A DNA stretch of 64,000 nucleotides from positions 4,887,200 through 4,951,199 of the forward strand of contig OZ199840.1 of NCBI GenBank assembly GCA_964304625.1. The letters are read 5' to 3'. Shown in pieces: positions 39,893 through 53,370 of this stretch. Position 1 is the stretch's first letter. Every line of letters begins with the position of its first letter. Origin of the DNA: Kudoa neothunni. Lineage: Eukaryota > Animalia > Cnidaria. Both the position numbers and the translations under genes were made by a program. The notes beneath the pieces are model-generated. The model was given only the letters and a program-made list of their open reading frames with translations, was not told where the DNA came from and made no database searches.

Positions 39893-42800
39893 TTAATTCT
39901 TCTTCTTTATGAAAACAACTATAATGGCTGCAAGGACAACCACACCTACAACAGCTCCTACTACTATTATTCTATATAATTAATTATGTTAATATGTAGC
40001 AACAATATGTATTTTTACATGGTATTTTTGGATCTAAAATAAAAATATAAATAAACCGGTTAAATGAGAATTAGATTACGTAGATTTCATCGTGTCAAAC
40101 GTTTCTCCTAAAATGAAATGAAGAATTGGAACACGATTCATATTTACCTTTCTTGATTTCACTAATTCCTTTGATTGATTGGTCATTGCTTACGTAAACC
40201 GTTAGATGATAATCGTTTGTGTCTTCAACGTCAACGATTTCAAATTCGTTACATTTTGGTAGACTTGCACAACCTCCATCGTTTTCCCCATTACAGGATT
40301 TAATTAAAACTTTATCAGTATTGGTTGAATCTCTTAATTCCCAACCACAAGTGCTTTCAGCTACTCCCTGTGGCAGTACCGTGGTGATCTTTAATTTGTT
40401 TCCATCACGCTTAATGCTCACTATAATTTGTTTGTTTAAATCCTGGTTTGTTGGTAGGGGATCTAATTTTATTCATTTATATTATTTATAATTGTAATAT
40501 TATGAAATTTCTGAAAAAGTTTTACTTTCTGGGAATTCAAGGTTAGCTTCCACTCTTCCATCAACTGTAGTTACTACTACGCGGTATTTTTTTAATCGAT
40601 CATAATTATTAGTGAATAATATTTCGGAACATAAAGGAATCTCAGTGCATGAGGATAACGATGGTGAATTAGATTTATTTGTTGGTGGAGCAGTTTTATC
40701 AGCAACCGATCTAGCTATCGTAATTTCATTATATTTCGATTTAACAGTGAGTCGGTTAGTTGATTCTGTAGAAATAGATGCCTGTGGACATTGATAAATC
40801 AACTTATATTTTTCTTCATTTTTAATTTCGACATTATAATGGCATTTAGCTGTATCATCTGGGGTAGACAGTGTTCCTATTATTTTGAAACCCTTATCAA
40901 CAAATTGCTTCTCAAGTGTGAGTGTTGATTTCACTTAAAATTCATTATTTATTTTTTTAACTAATTATATACCTGTTGTGATCTGATGTATTTTGGTGCC
41001 ATAGTCCTTATGAGCAACAACTTTAAGGTCATATTCTGTTCCTGATTTTAATCCAACAATTGTTTGTGTCTCCTTGCAGTAACCACGACAGGGATAGCTA
41101 TCGACGCACATTGCACAAACGTACACATCCCTCCCTCGGGGACTAATGTAATAAGCACATGTAATGTCTTCAGGTTTTAAAGATTCTTCGCCATCTATAG
41201 CCTTGATCGATGCGGTTCTTTCGCCTAAAGTTGGTTTTACAGCAGAAAATGTTTTTGTGTTATCATTTTCTATAGTATTATCAATACAAATTATTACTTA
41301 TATATATCTCTACCCGTTCGAAAGAATATATGCTCTTTAAAGTTTGAGGGGGTTTCAGTTGTTTTTGTGAGTGTGATTGTAAGTATATATGGTTTACCAC
41401 TTGAAAGTCCTGTTATTGTTAAAGCAGCGCTACAGTCTGCTGAACAGGTGCCAGCCGAAACTTCACATGAAACTCCTGTTCCAACACTTGGTAGTGGTTT
41501 GTCTGCTGCATAATAGGCCACCGTACAACTGTCAAATTTGTTGTCTTCTGATGGATTAAATAGAGGAACATTCAAAGTGACACCATCTTTTTTGATGTTA
41601 GATAATAATGCACTCCCAGATGCGGAAGATTCAGTCACAACTAAGAGGGATTATTTATAAGTTAAAATATTCAAATTACCAAATTTTTTCTGGTGATATC
41701 CGGAATAATTCGTGTTATCTTTTTTCAAAGAAAAATGTCTGGTTTGAATTAATACATCGACTATAGTTTTTGAAGCAGTAAAAGTTAATTCGACATCATT
41801 ACAAGGAGCGTAACACTCTTTTTTTGTTCCGCCACAATTTGATTTATATTCATTATTTGTATTCACATTAACTAGAGTATCCTTATCTTTAATACTGAAT
41901 CGACATATTTCGAAGGGAAATTTGTTTGTGAATTTTATCAGATATTTGCTTTTATCATTATCATTATCATTATATTTAACATAATATTGTGGTTTATAAA
42001 CATCCATATTCGTCAAAGTATATATATTTTGCAATTTATAAAAGAAACTTGGATAGCCACCACATCTCATTTCATAATGAGGTATCATCAAATCGAAGTC
42101 CACTTCGTTATCATTTGTGTTTGCGACAATACAACTACTCCCCACAGTTCCTGCTGCGTATTGCACTACTTTGTAATATATAGGGCATGTAACTGGTTCG
42201 CATGTGATGGTGCTTAATTTTAGTTTCTTTTGATCTGTAATTGATATTGTAACTTGTGGATTAACCAATAACGCTAATATCAAGTTAAGAAAACATAAAG
42301 CATCATTAGTTTACCTAATTCAAGTCCAAACACTGTTCCACCATTAGTTTTCTGGGAAAGATCTGTGGCCCCATTCCCTGTGAAAACCACTACATACTTT
42401 GTCCTTGGTGAAAATTTATCGAAGGCAAATTTATTTCCCTCTCCCTTACATGTTCTACAACAACTATTATTATTGCATTCACCGTCGGTTTGAGGAGTGG
42501 TATCTATGTCTTCATAACTACTGAGGTTTTCAACAGACTTTTTGATACAACATTTTTTAGAATCACCGAAACCACTACCAGTCAATTTTAACTGAACATT
42601 TATTCCGCTATCCTTCAGAATAGAATAACTGAGTGCCTTTGTAGGAGTTTTTTCTATAGCTGGAGTTTGTGCTGAAGTTGGAGTTGGAGTTGGTGCTGAA
42701 GTTGGAGTTGGAGTTGGTGCTGAAGTTGGAGTTGGAGTTGGTGCTGAAGTTGGAGTTGGAGTTGGTGCTGAAGTTGGAGTTGGAGTTGGTGCTGAAGTTG

Positions 42801-42989
42801 GAGTTGGAGTTGGTGCTGGAGTTAGAGGTTGTGTTGCAACCACTGGTAGTGTTGGACTCGAAGATTGAACTTGAACAGTTTCTCCATCAAGTGAAATGAA
42901 CCCCGCTATATTTTATTAAAAATGGAATTTATTTGTGATTTACAAGAAATGACCAGCAAAATTCCATAAAATTGTACTAATAGTTTCAT
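39893..42989 (-). CDS. FN3-like module type I membrane protein, copy 5
   Basis: ATG 42989 ([15 protein letters not shown]), colinear 10-exon structure, expanded PT-rich stalk, ends IKKKN-TAA at 39893. Confidence 0.9.
42671..42814 (-). repeat. Coding minisatellite, 6 x 24 bp (PTPTPTSA units)
   Basis: Six perfect copies of GCTGAAGTTGGAGTTGGAGTTGGT. Confidence 0.95.
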
Positions 42990-45149
42990 TTAATTCTTTT
43001 ATAATTTAAATACGAAAATCATCGTTGCATTTATCAAACTGAATATTTCAATTGGGCGTTAATGAATAATATGAATGGGATTAAAATTCGCAAAAATACA
43101 AATATAGATCATTATAAATAAAGCACTGATATCTATATTTAACAATAATTGTTAATATTTGTTTTAATATGGAATAGTTAATCTTTTAATCTTCCAAATT
43201 AGTGTGTAATCTTAAATTTTTCCTGATATTGGGTGGTGGGACATAATAAGTGTAAGTTGTTTTTTAAATAGGAAAATATTAATCGATAATATATTTAAAT
43301 AATAATAAAAAAACTTTAAATTCGTACATCTCCTATTCCTTTTACGCCTTTGTAAGTTCGTTGCTACTTTTGGGGCTCTAACCAATTATTTTAATTTAGC
43401 TATGAATAGATTTAGGTCAAAATATAAATGGAATGATGTAAATAAGGTAATCATTTATTCTAGAAATTATTGACAAAAAGATGGTTTTCACTAAGTAATA
43501 TAAACTACATTGTGAACAGAAAAATTTAACAAGACCATTGAGTAATTTAATGTACTATAACTTACTGTATTTTTGATTTATTTTGCAAAGTAAATAAAAT
43601 CGTTGTTATACAATTGAATACATAAGTCTATAAATTAAAAGAAATGAAATATATAAAAATTCAGATTTGAACATATAAAAGAATAACGCAAAATATTACC
43701 CTTTTCTAAAAATTTTATAAACAAACTTAATCTGATTTTAACTAAAGGTCTGTGAAAAAGAAATTATAGTTTCGCTACTTTAACACGATTTTTAAACTTT
43801 TAAATGAATTTATCCCTTCCAATAACAAGTAAACTTTTCAGATTAGAAACCAATCGAACTTAAATAACAAATATTTATTCAAAGAATGACATACATATGG
43901 TTTTGTTTTAAAAATATACAGTAATGGTTAGTATTCAATTGAATTTCTCAAAGGAAGACTCGCTTTTAAGGATAAACGTACTATTCTATTGTTATTTAAT
44001 TATTTATTTACTTAACTATTCTAGAAATAATTGAAAACCTGGCAATTATATCATTTTGATAGAATAAACCATTAGTTTCTTATTTGACGATGTTTAGGGT
44101 TCCTTAACAATTCAGTTTATTGTTGTTAGAGGAATCTGTTTTAAATTATAATCCCTTGACAAATTACCGTAATAAAGCGTATATGAATGTGTAAAGAATG
44201 AAATAGATTGGTCAGTAGGAAATCGTGATAAATCATTTTACTTAAGAAAAGTAAAATATTAATACGCTTGTAATTTAACAAGATAATTTTTCTATTTTAT
44301 TAAGAGATTTATTTTTAATTTTTAGGCGAATTATTTTTATAGCTTTTATAATAAGAATTTTTACAAAATCTACATATAATACGATAAGAAATTGTTGGTA
44401 ACTTAAACGCGTGATAAATATATTGATGAGATAAATTCTTTAATAAAATCCTATTATTTATATTTTTAAACTTATTTGTATTGATCCTAGTTATTATAAT
44501 GATTCTCATTAAGCCAGAGCTCTAAGTAGCGCTCAACGTTCAACATTGATTTTTTTGGCAATGATCTGGATAGAAACATTCAATTTTAGTATACGATGTT
44601 AAATCGATTATTTTTTTATAATAATTATAATTTTGTAATTTTTACCTTAATTGAACATCAATAAATCATGATTATTTATATACCACTTGTTTTAATTTGT
44701 AATTACATTGTAATTTTTACGATATTAATTGAAATATTTGGTTCTTAAGAAGAAGGTCAGTTTATAATCAACCATCCTCTATATCTAATTCATATTTACG
44801 ATATTATTTGATATATCTGGATATAAGACCATTTATTGACGATTTAACTAAAAAACTGCTGGGCTTGTTATTTTTATATTGGCATGCATCATAAAATTTT
44901 TCCTATGGGTAATGTTGCATATAAATAGAAACATTAAAACGATACCTCAAGATGATAGAACGTCATACAAACATACTTGCAAATCTGAGGATGGAAATAT
45001 GCGTTTTATGACTTTTTCCCGTGTATGTCTTTACCTGTAAGAATTATTTTTGTGTTAATTTCCGTTATTAAATAATTTTATTTTATTAATAAGCCATGAG
45101 AATTCTTCAGTTTTGTCTACAATTATTCTGGACGCCATTATCTAATTTT

Positions 45150-46050
45150 CCCAGATGTCCATAATTGCAACAAAATGTAGAGGAGCTCTGAAATCTAGTA
45201 ACTTGTACGTAGAATCGATAAAAATAATTTCTGGATATTCGTCAAGATATTATTGCATAAATCAAGAAAAAATAAAACTTTAAATTCGTTTCCGTTTTCT
45301 AATATTTTAAAGTCTCGTTTCTTTTTCCGTGTTTGTAAAAATTCTATAAACTTTGGGTAAGATTTCATTGAACAATTTATGTTGGTTATTTTTTTAGAAG
45401 AAGAAGCTTCCAATGTCTACAAACAACTTGTTTTGAATGACCTTTGAATTTTCATTAATTTCTAAAAGTTGAGAAATAAAATTAACTCTATCTTTAATAA
45501 ATTTTTATATTATTCATTACCCCATTTTGATGAATAATTCAAGGAATCTTGTTTATGGGTAAAGTTGAGTGATTTCGACACAAACTTTGTATTTTATTAT
45601 CTACTAAAAATTTCACAAAAAAAGTATCCTTCGCAATAAGAATTTGAGCTTCTTTGATTAACAGATCACGTTCTCTTGAATAATAAACAATATAACTATA
45701 AATATTCATACATATATTAAGTTTTTGAAAATTCTACATTTTTTAGTGTGAATAATGAATACAACAATATTTCATTTGGTAATATTAAATAGCTGAATCT
45801 AACACTTTAAGGCATCGCTTCTTTTCAGTCTCAAGGGTTTTATAGTCTGATAAAGATAAACTGTACATACCATTTAATGTAAATTTCTCAATTTTAGATT
45901 TTAATTCTTCAAGCCCGTTAAATGAATATTCAATGTTGAAGAAATTATTTCAACAATAATATTATGGTTTGTGCTAACCCGTTAGGAAGTCATTTCGAGC
46001 AAACTGACATTTTGTGGATAAAATCACGGTTTCTTCTATCATAATAGGAT
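45150..46050 (-). mobile_element. Highly degenerate hAT-like relic
   Basis: ORF 45195-45413 (KSYPKFIEFL) resembles the KGYYPTVIDFL segment of the hAT at 14863-15087. Weak support. Confidence 0.35.
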
Positions 46051-46379
46051 ATTTTCGATAAATTAATTTAATTGTTGTTGTTATTAATATTAATATGGAA
46101 GGATCCCCTTTTTACATTAATTTTAAATTATAACATCAAGTAACGAATAAAATATTTTTACTCTATATTAAAATAAAATGTAAATTTTATCAACGTAAGA
46201 TTTAATTAAACATTTAAAACGTTCATTTAAATCTGAAAATACACACTTTTAATAATAGAATAATTTAAAAATACAATAAACTGAATATGTACGTGCCAAC
46301 AGACACAACCTATTCTTATAATTGCTCTATCTACCTATTAATACTAAAAGAAAAGCTAGTCTAAGTAATCATAAGTAAA

Positions 46380-46830
46380 TTAATAAAGCCTCAAAATTTT
46401 GGAGCAATTAAAGGATGCATTTGGATTAAGAGACAAAATATTAATGCTTAATTGACAGAAAAATTTATTCCTCAGGCTTTAATCAAGTGGAACAAAGAAA
46501 TTAATGATATCAAAGATAAAAATGTTGCTTTATCTTGACAACTGTGAGACTCATCCTAATTCGAATCTCTCAAATATTACTTCATGTTTATTTCCTCTCT
46601 ATTTTAAAAATGTGTCAAACAGCAAATTGATCAGTGTAGAATCAATAATGCTAAAGTAATTCACAGTAAACTTTTAATTGAGTTTTTTATACAGGAATTA
46701 GAACCTGGCTAGATAGAATGTGAATTACCGAATATTTTTGAAGCAATGTTTCTGCAGAAGCATGCATGAAATCCAATAAAGATTGAGGATGTTGTAAATT
46801 AGTTTAAAAATTCATTATTTTTCCGATGTA
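46380..46830 (+). mobile_element. pogo/Tigger (DDE_1) transposase relic
   Basis: Reads KMLLYLDNCETHP and QIDQCRINNAK, matching the LxxDNCxxH and QPxDQGII motifs. Broken by stops and frameshifts. Confidence 0.55.
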
Positions 46831-47805
46831 GAGAAGGATCAGAAATTGCTATAAACATTTATTGATCAAGTATTGAATTAAAAGGCCAATACGCTTATCA
46901 GGGACCTAGAATTTTGTGCAGCTGAAAATAGAGAATAACACTGAAGTTTTTCACAGAATAATATGATAGTTGCAGAATTTTTCCATTATTCAAAAGATAA
47001 CATTTTTTAATATTTATCCTAAATAAGGAGATATTTAAATTGTAAAGCCCACCTATTCTAAAATAAATAGCACAATTAACTATTGAAATCCTAAAAATTC
47101 AAAAATCAAATTTCTTAACAAATTTACGTTATAAATAAATTAATTAAATCAATCAATTAAGTCAACTGTTTGGAAAAAATATAATCTAATTTCTTCCTTT
47201 TTTATTTTCGCACGCGAAAAGTTGTGACATGCATAATGACTTTGATTACACTCAACCCATATCTCACTGAACTTTTAATTTCCTTCTATTTAAATTACCG
47301 CAGACATTTTTAAATAAAAAAAATTAATTTTTATCCAAAATATATTAAAATAATAGAATATTAAACTATAAAATAAGGATTAATTTACTTATAGGTTTTA
47401 TTCCAATGTGTATATACAATTTGTGTATTTATTGGACTTTATATATTGAAATAGAAACATATGAAAAAAGATAATTTAATAATTAAATTATTGCGACAAA
47501 AATAAGGACAAATATATTTAAATCACAATACCAAAGCAAAAAATTGCATATATGATTTCAAAAAAATTTAATTTTTTTTTTCCTTATTACCAAAATTAAT
47601 TTTGTTATATAGATAATTATAGAAGAACTTGAAAAAAGTATATTCGATATTTTCGTTATTTAAAAAAATATTTGAGTATACATTACCTACATTTATTTAA
47701 TAATAATTTTAAAGGAAAAGAAAAAAGATTAAATAAATAATAACTTACAAGCATGAAATTAATATATTTTATGTACAACTGTTTATTGTATTTATTGACA
47801 CAATA

Positions 47806-50800
47806 TTAATGTGGATTTTTATGTATTTTGCCTCTTTTTAGAAATTTATTAGCTACAAGATGTTTCTTTCCAATATCACTGTTCCAGCGGGTATTTTCTG
47901 CTTTTACGGTGTTTTGAGGCTCTAAATATTTTCACATCAAAGTAAATAATAATTGTAAAAGTATTAGTCATTATTTGTATAGCCAATAAAATTCAGCATA
48001 CCTGGAACCAATAATAAATTATATTTAGCTGGTTCATCGATGTAATTATTTGGATATTCGATCGAAACCGACAAATGATCGACAACAGTTCCCTCTTTCA
48101 TTGTAGCTTGTAATAAGTATAATTTATTCTTTTTCAGTTCAATCAATTCAGAATGTTGTGTAGTAGGATATCTAGGAGTTATTCAGTGAAATTATGTAAG
48201 ATCTAATCATTAAAATACTTGTCATTTTGTCGATATGAGGAATAATGCCCATTGCGAAGAGTGATCAATGATTTGAGATTGTCCTCGGTTTCATCATCAC
48301 TCAATCGAAGTTCGCATTCGTTGTCGCATGACATATAGAAGATGAATTTACCAGAGATGTTTGGCTATTGTAATATAAAATATCAACATAAAAAACAAAA
48401 CTTACTTTGAAGTAGGCTGACCAATCGTTGGCCGTAACCGTCCCCAGCATTTGGAGGAGCCTCAAAACTGTCCAATATCAAAAATTCATCAGGAGAATCA
48501 GGATAGCGGCTGCTATTGTAAAGGTAGTCTAAACTGGAGCTAGTACCCAAATTGAACCAAGCTTCTCTTAACACACCAAAATTGGATTCTAAGTTTTTTG
48601 TGGTCATTCGTACATATCTAGTTCTTAACATAGTTCAAATACCATTTTTTTCAATAGATACACGAGGCTGAATATAATAATCATGCTGATTGACTTCGAA
48701 GTCAGACCATTTGATATCGTTTGAAATCCCACTTATTGCTATTAGTTTTACATCATTAATTCTTTGATATAATTTATCACAATAGATTTTACTAGGAGGT
48801 TTCAAAGGAGCAGGGGTTTGTTCTGAATTGTGCATAGGTGGGACAATGTTTAACGATATCTGAGGGATATCTTCCAATTTAGTTGGTTGATAAGATTCTG
48901 TTATTAATAACAGTTAAGCTTAGAAGAACTTTTATATTTTAATCACCCTGATTATAATTAGGTGCAGTTGTGGTTGGGATCATATTCGTACTAAACATTA
49001 AAGGTACGGGAGGGGTGTTACAAAAGAAATGAGTTTGTTCCTTCGGTACGCATATATTTAATGAGGGATCGAACACATTTCCAATGTCACATCTTTTAGA
49101 AATGGGATTATATCCATTGCACTCAATATAAGCGTTGCATCCATTTATCAAGTCGGGACACACCGAATCCGGTAAAGTACAACATATGGGAGAATTCGGA
49201 TTAGGAACATTAGTTTCAGTCGCAAACTAATTCATACATATTAAACAATAAATGTCGAAAAATAGCTCACATTATTAGCTCCTCTGAATCCTTCTAAAAA
49301 GTGAAATTCTGACGCAGGGTCTGATTTTACCGATTGGTGGTTGGCTGTAATGAGGGATAGGAGGAATGATGGGCTTAATATTTGGAAAGTTTATGTCACC
49401 CAAATTATCTAGTGTATATTTCTGATTGGAATCTACTACAATGTTTCGCTTAGGAGATTCCATTGTTGGTGCACCTTATTTTTTTTTTAATATCAATGTG
49501 TTAATAATTGTAAATTTACTAGTTGTGGTAGTTTCTTCAACTTTGTCATTCTAAATAAGGTTAAGCATTAGTAGCTACTCAAAAAAACTACCATGATTTC
49601 CTTATCTTCTTTGTCTGATGCAGTATCTAATGTGACTGGTGATTTATTAAAAAGAGCTATATTTTCAGGTCCAGTCACAATATTAACACTCCCTTTATTT
49701 TTATCTAGTTCAGAATGGTAAGCTTTATCATTTATTTTGAAAAAGTCATAATCTACATAAACAATAGAAATATTGTAATTAGAAAATTTGCGTTTACTTG
49801 AAATTTTCTTAAATACGTTATTAGGACTGGTTAATTCTACAACACCATCGAAGCAAAACGCTATATTATCTATAGTGGTTTTGTTGAGATCTTTCCATTG
49901 CTCATCACCACCAAATAATTTGAATTTAAATTTATTGTCGATAGTCGTCCCAATAACAACATCCTGTTTATTTGAAACCACATTTTGTAGTTTAATATCG
50001 TCAGGATTCCAAAAATTTCCTTCAATTAAATTAAATTTATTAAATCAAATTATTGTAAGTTGTTTTAAATATAGTTATGTACCAAACGGGTTTTCTTTGT
50101 TGATGTTATTTCGAGAAAATGTTTCATTGCTATCTGTTATGCCCCAGCATCTTCCCTCACCACAGGCAATCGACCTGAAGAGTTTAATGCCGTTAGGCAA
50201 TTTCCACCAGTCATTATTATTCATTTTGGATCTATTTGAAACACATCAAACAATCTTTTTAAAAAAGTTGAGATTTACATTTCAGACAAAGGTCTCACAA
50301 ATATATTTCCATTGACACTCAAAATCCAAACAACTTGGCTGTTCACACAGGAAACTGAGTCCACAGGTTCAGGAGACATCATACGGGTCCAATTATTGTA
50401 CTCTATTTCCATAAACCCTCATTATATTTGAACTATTAAATTTATACTTTTTATGTATCTGGCCAAAAGTGTAGAATTTCTAGTGACCGCCCACACAATG
50501 TCGAAACAAACAATGTATTTATCGACAGGTTCAGTGCCTTCAAAAGGGATTTCAAATTGTAGTGGTGTTGGGTTTTCATTGTAACTATCCATATTGATCT
50601 TAGAATCACTACTGGTAAAAAGATAGGATTGGTCATGACAGTCATAGATTTTGACTGGTTGTGAAACTGTGGGTTTTGTGATCCCCATCTTTTTGGGGCT
50701 TTCCGATTCGGCGATACAAAGGGCTTTTTCGCAATGTGGATGCGACATTGGACACCTACTACAAATGGTTCCCTTTATATAGGGCTGTTTTGCCGGAATA

Positions 50801-51480
50801 TTTCCTCCCGGTACGTAGTTGCAAATGAGAATAGTTTTATCTTCGCTGCATTTTTTAGCAGCACACGCCATTTTGTTGGTTTCAGCCCATATCATTTGTG
50901 TGTATAGACTGCATTTGCCGACGCATTCATTTTTATCGTAATTGTATTTTTTAGATTGCAGTATCCAACGCTTTATACCTTCGAATACGTCTCCACATTG
51001 GTAGGCGTTGCCAGTGGGTCCATTACACATCCCTGATCCCCACGCAATATTTTCACCCACCCACACATGTCGTTGACTACATACAATAAATTTAAACCGA
51101 ATAACTCATGTATTTGAAAACTTTGGCTTTGATTCTTCATTATTGCTCAAACGATCATAGAGTTGATGACGTTGTTTATTGTGAGCCAACTGACATTTTT
51201 CCACATAATTGGTAGTAATATTTTCTAGGGCGTCATCCCACGTTAATTTTTGCATATTTGCAGCTGTGGGATACACGTTTGATCGATAGTGATTGTGTAA
51301 GGCGAGAATAAGTTGTTTTTGAATATTGGTAAGACCATCATCTCCAATGATTGTGCCATCAAGGGTTTGGTTGTAAACAGTGACATCCGAGCTTACCACC
51401 ACCAATACTAAATGTAATCAACATTGAATATCAACCTAATAGATTACATATTATTCCAAATATAATTGTTTTCAAACCTA
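47806..51480 (-). CDS. Multi-exon secreted protein: CAP domain, tectonin-like repeats, CBM14 chitin-binding domain, PA14 domain
   Basis: Signal-like LKTIIFGIILLVVVSS. CAP motifs LHNHYRS..AANMQKLTWD, GENIA, YTQMIWA, ICNYVPGGN. Tectonin-like WWKLPNG..SIACGEGRCWGITDSNETFSRNNINKENPFG. CBM14-like CNAYIEC..CDIGNVFDPSLNIC. PA14-like FEAPPNAGDGYGQRL..FYMSCDNECELRLS..MKEG..DHLSV. Probable stop at 47806. The first exon and some junctions are unresolved. Confidence 0.8.
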
Positions 51481-52358
51481 TAAATCTCAAAGCCATATAT
51501 AGAACTAACCTAAACAATCACTAGTATAAAAAAATTGGATTTGGTAAGGTGTGAATAAGTTTGTATGCCATTGTTAGGCCACAATAAACCTACTCACCCT
51601 TCGAAGCTAATCTATCGCAAATATTATTTGTTTTGTTTATGTTATGTTATGTTACACCAAAAGTTATTTTGAAAATAATGGGGAAAAAATTAAATTAATA
51701 AATTCAAATTGAAGTTTCACAATAGTAATCTATTTTCTGAATTGAATATTATTTTTACCAAGGAAAATTATGGCATTCAAGAAAATCTTTTCGAGCTCCA
51801 AACCATATTGTTATGTTAACAAAATATATTTGAGCCCATTTTATTTTTGTTCATGCCATTTTTCTCTCCCAGTTCATAATCTATACAAAATTTTATAAGA
51901 CTATGTGCTAAATAATGAAATAATTTCGTTGAAATATTTAATTAAAATTGTTAGGCAATGTATCCGCAAAAATTGGTTGGATATTTCAATATAAAAATAT
52001 CAAATTATTTTATCGGCATTGCTCATCGAAAAATCCATTATTTCGATCGAATTTCAATAATAATCTTAAAAAATATATAACGATGGTTTTATAATCAATC
52101 GCAATTTTGTACTTTTTCTATAATTTACATTATCCTCAAACACTCAAAAGGTTTTATTAACAGCAGATTTGAATTGTTAGATTAATTTTGATCTTAAATA
52201 TTTACTTTAATTGAGATAAACAGGAAGAGGCTATTTTTTTATTTTAAGCGTAATACATATTTGATTCTCTGTTGTTATTGGCACAAACATATTTAGTAAG
52301 AAGACACGTTCGTTTTCTTTAAACTCACGTATACTCCCCACAATTCCTATTTAGAAAT

Positions 52359-53370
52359 TAACCCTCCGATGTCTGAAAGTGGCCAAAGGGTCCACTGAGA
52401 TGATTTTCTTAAACCCACTAATGTCCCGAAAATCAACTGCATTCCGAAGGACCGTGAGGTAAAAAAATACCACAGATTTTTATTTTATCGTTTGTTACAA
52501 AAAAATTTCGTTATAAGAAATACTGAAAATTTTAGTGGATATAAAAAAAGAATACAGTGATACAACGTAACTAAATTCTTTAATAATCTCAATAATCCCA
52601 CGAATACCACTTTCGTCAACAACCGTCGCATTAGCTTTTAATTCCGAGTTCGATTGCGTCTGTGTTGTCCTCATTAAACTTTTAAAATAAAAATATTGAT
52701 ATCATATCACCTTAGTCTAATTTTTTACCATTAATAAGCCGCATTTAATGAAAACAATATTCAAAAACATTTATTAACTGGTTCGTACACTAAAATTTGT
52801 TGCATACTGTGCACACAACTTTTGTTTTTTAACAAATTTTCTTGGAATAGGGATCGAAGGTGGTTTAAGATTTTTGGTTTCCATGTTTCTTTCCACTTGT
52901 GGGTCATATAATAATTTCGCTTCTATTTCAAGAGCTTCCTACGGGGTATATCGTCACCAAAAATTCGACTGTATGTCGAATCACGTGATCTATTTACAGT
53001 TTGTAAATGTTATATCGTAGAATCTAAACCACAGAAAATCCTTTAACTCATCATTTAGACTAAAAATCATTTATTCCTTAATTTCGGAAAAGAAAAATGT
53101 GGGGTTTTTTTCTACCCTAAAGTCCATTGGAATGTGGAAAATGTATATTTTCGCCAGTACCATAGTTAATAAATTCTATTTCGTTGTAATTCTAATTCTA
53201 AAGATTAAATCATAGCTAATTTACCAAAGTCGAAGATACATAAATTGTTGATTTTTAAAATTCTCGCGCATGCTTGGGATGGACACGCAATCCACCCAAA
53301 TTTGTTTTAACCCTCGAACACCTGAGGAAAAAAGTTACACGTATACCTGGAGGTGGTCACTGTGATCACA
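52359..53370. mobile_element. piggyBac-like termini and decayed remnant
   Basis: Two TTAACCCTC starts (about 52359 and 53307), each followed by short GG..CC palindromic motifs typical of piggyBac ends. No ORF. Confidence 0.35.

Noticed and set aside
42671-42814. Possible CRISPR-like array
   Set aside because: Repeats are contiguous with no spacers, there are no cas genes, and the DNA is eukaryotic.
42669-42899. LKLELELV repeat ORF on the plus strand
   Set aside because: Antisense shadow of the PT-rich coding minisatellite in copy 5.
49788-50315. 175-aa plus-strand ORF and similar antisense ORFs over the membrane-protein genes
   Set aside because: Opposite strand of well-supported exons. 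Recurrence in paralogues only reflects the duplicated sense gene.
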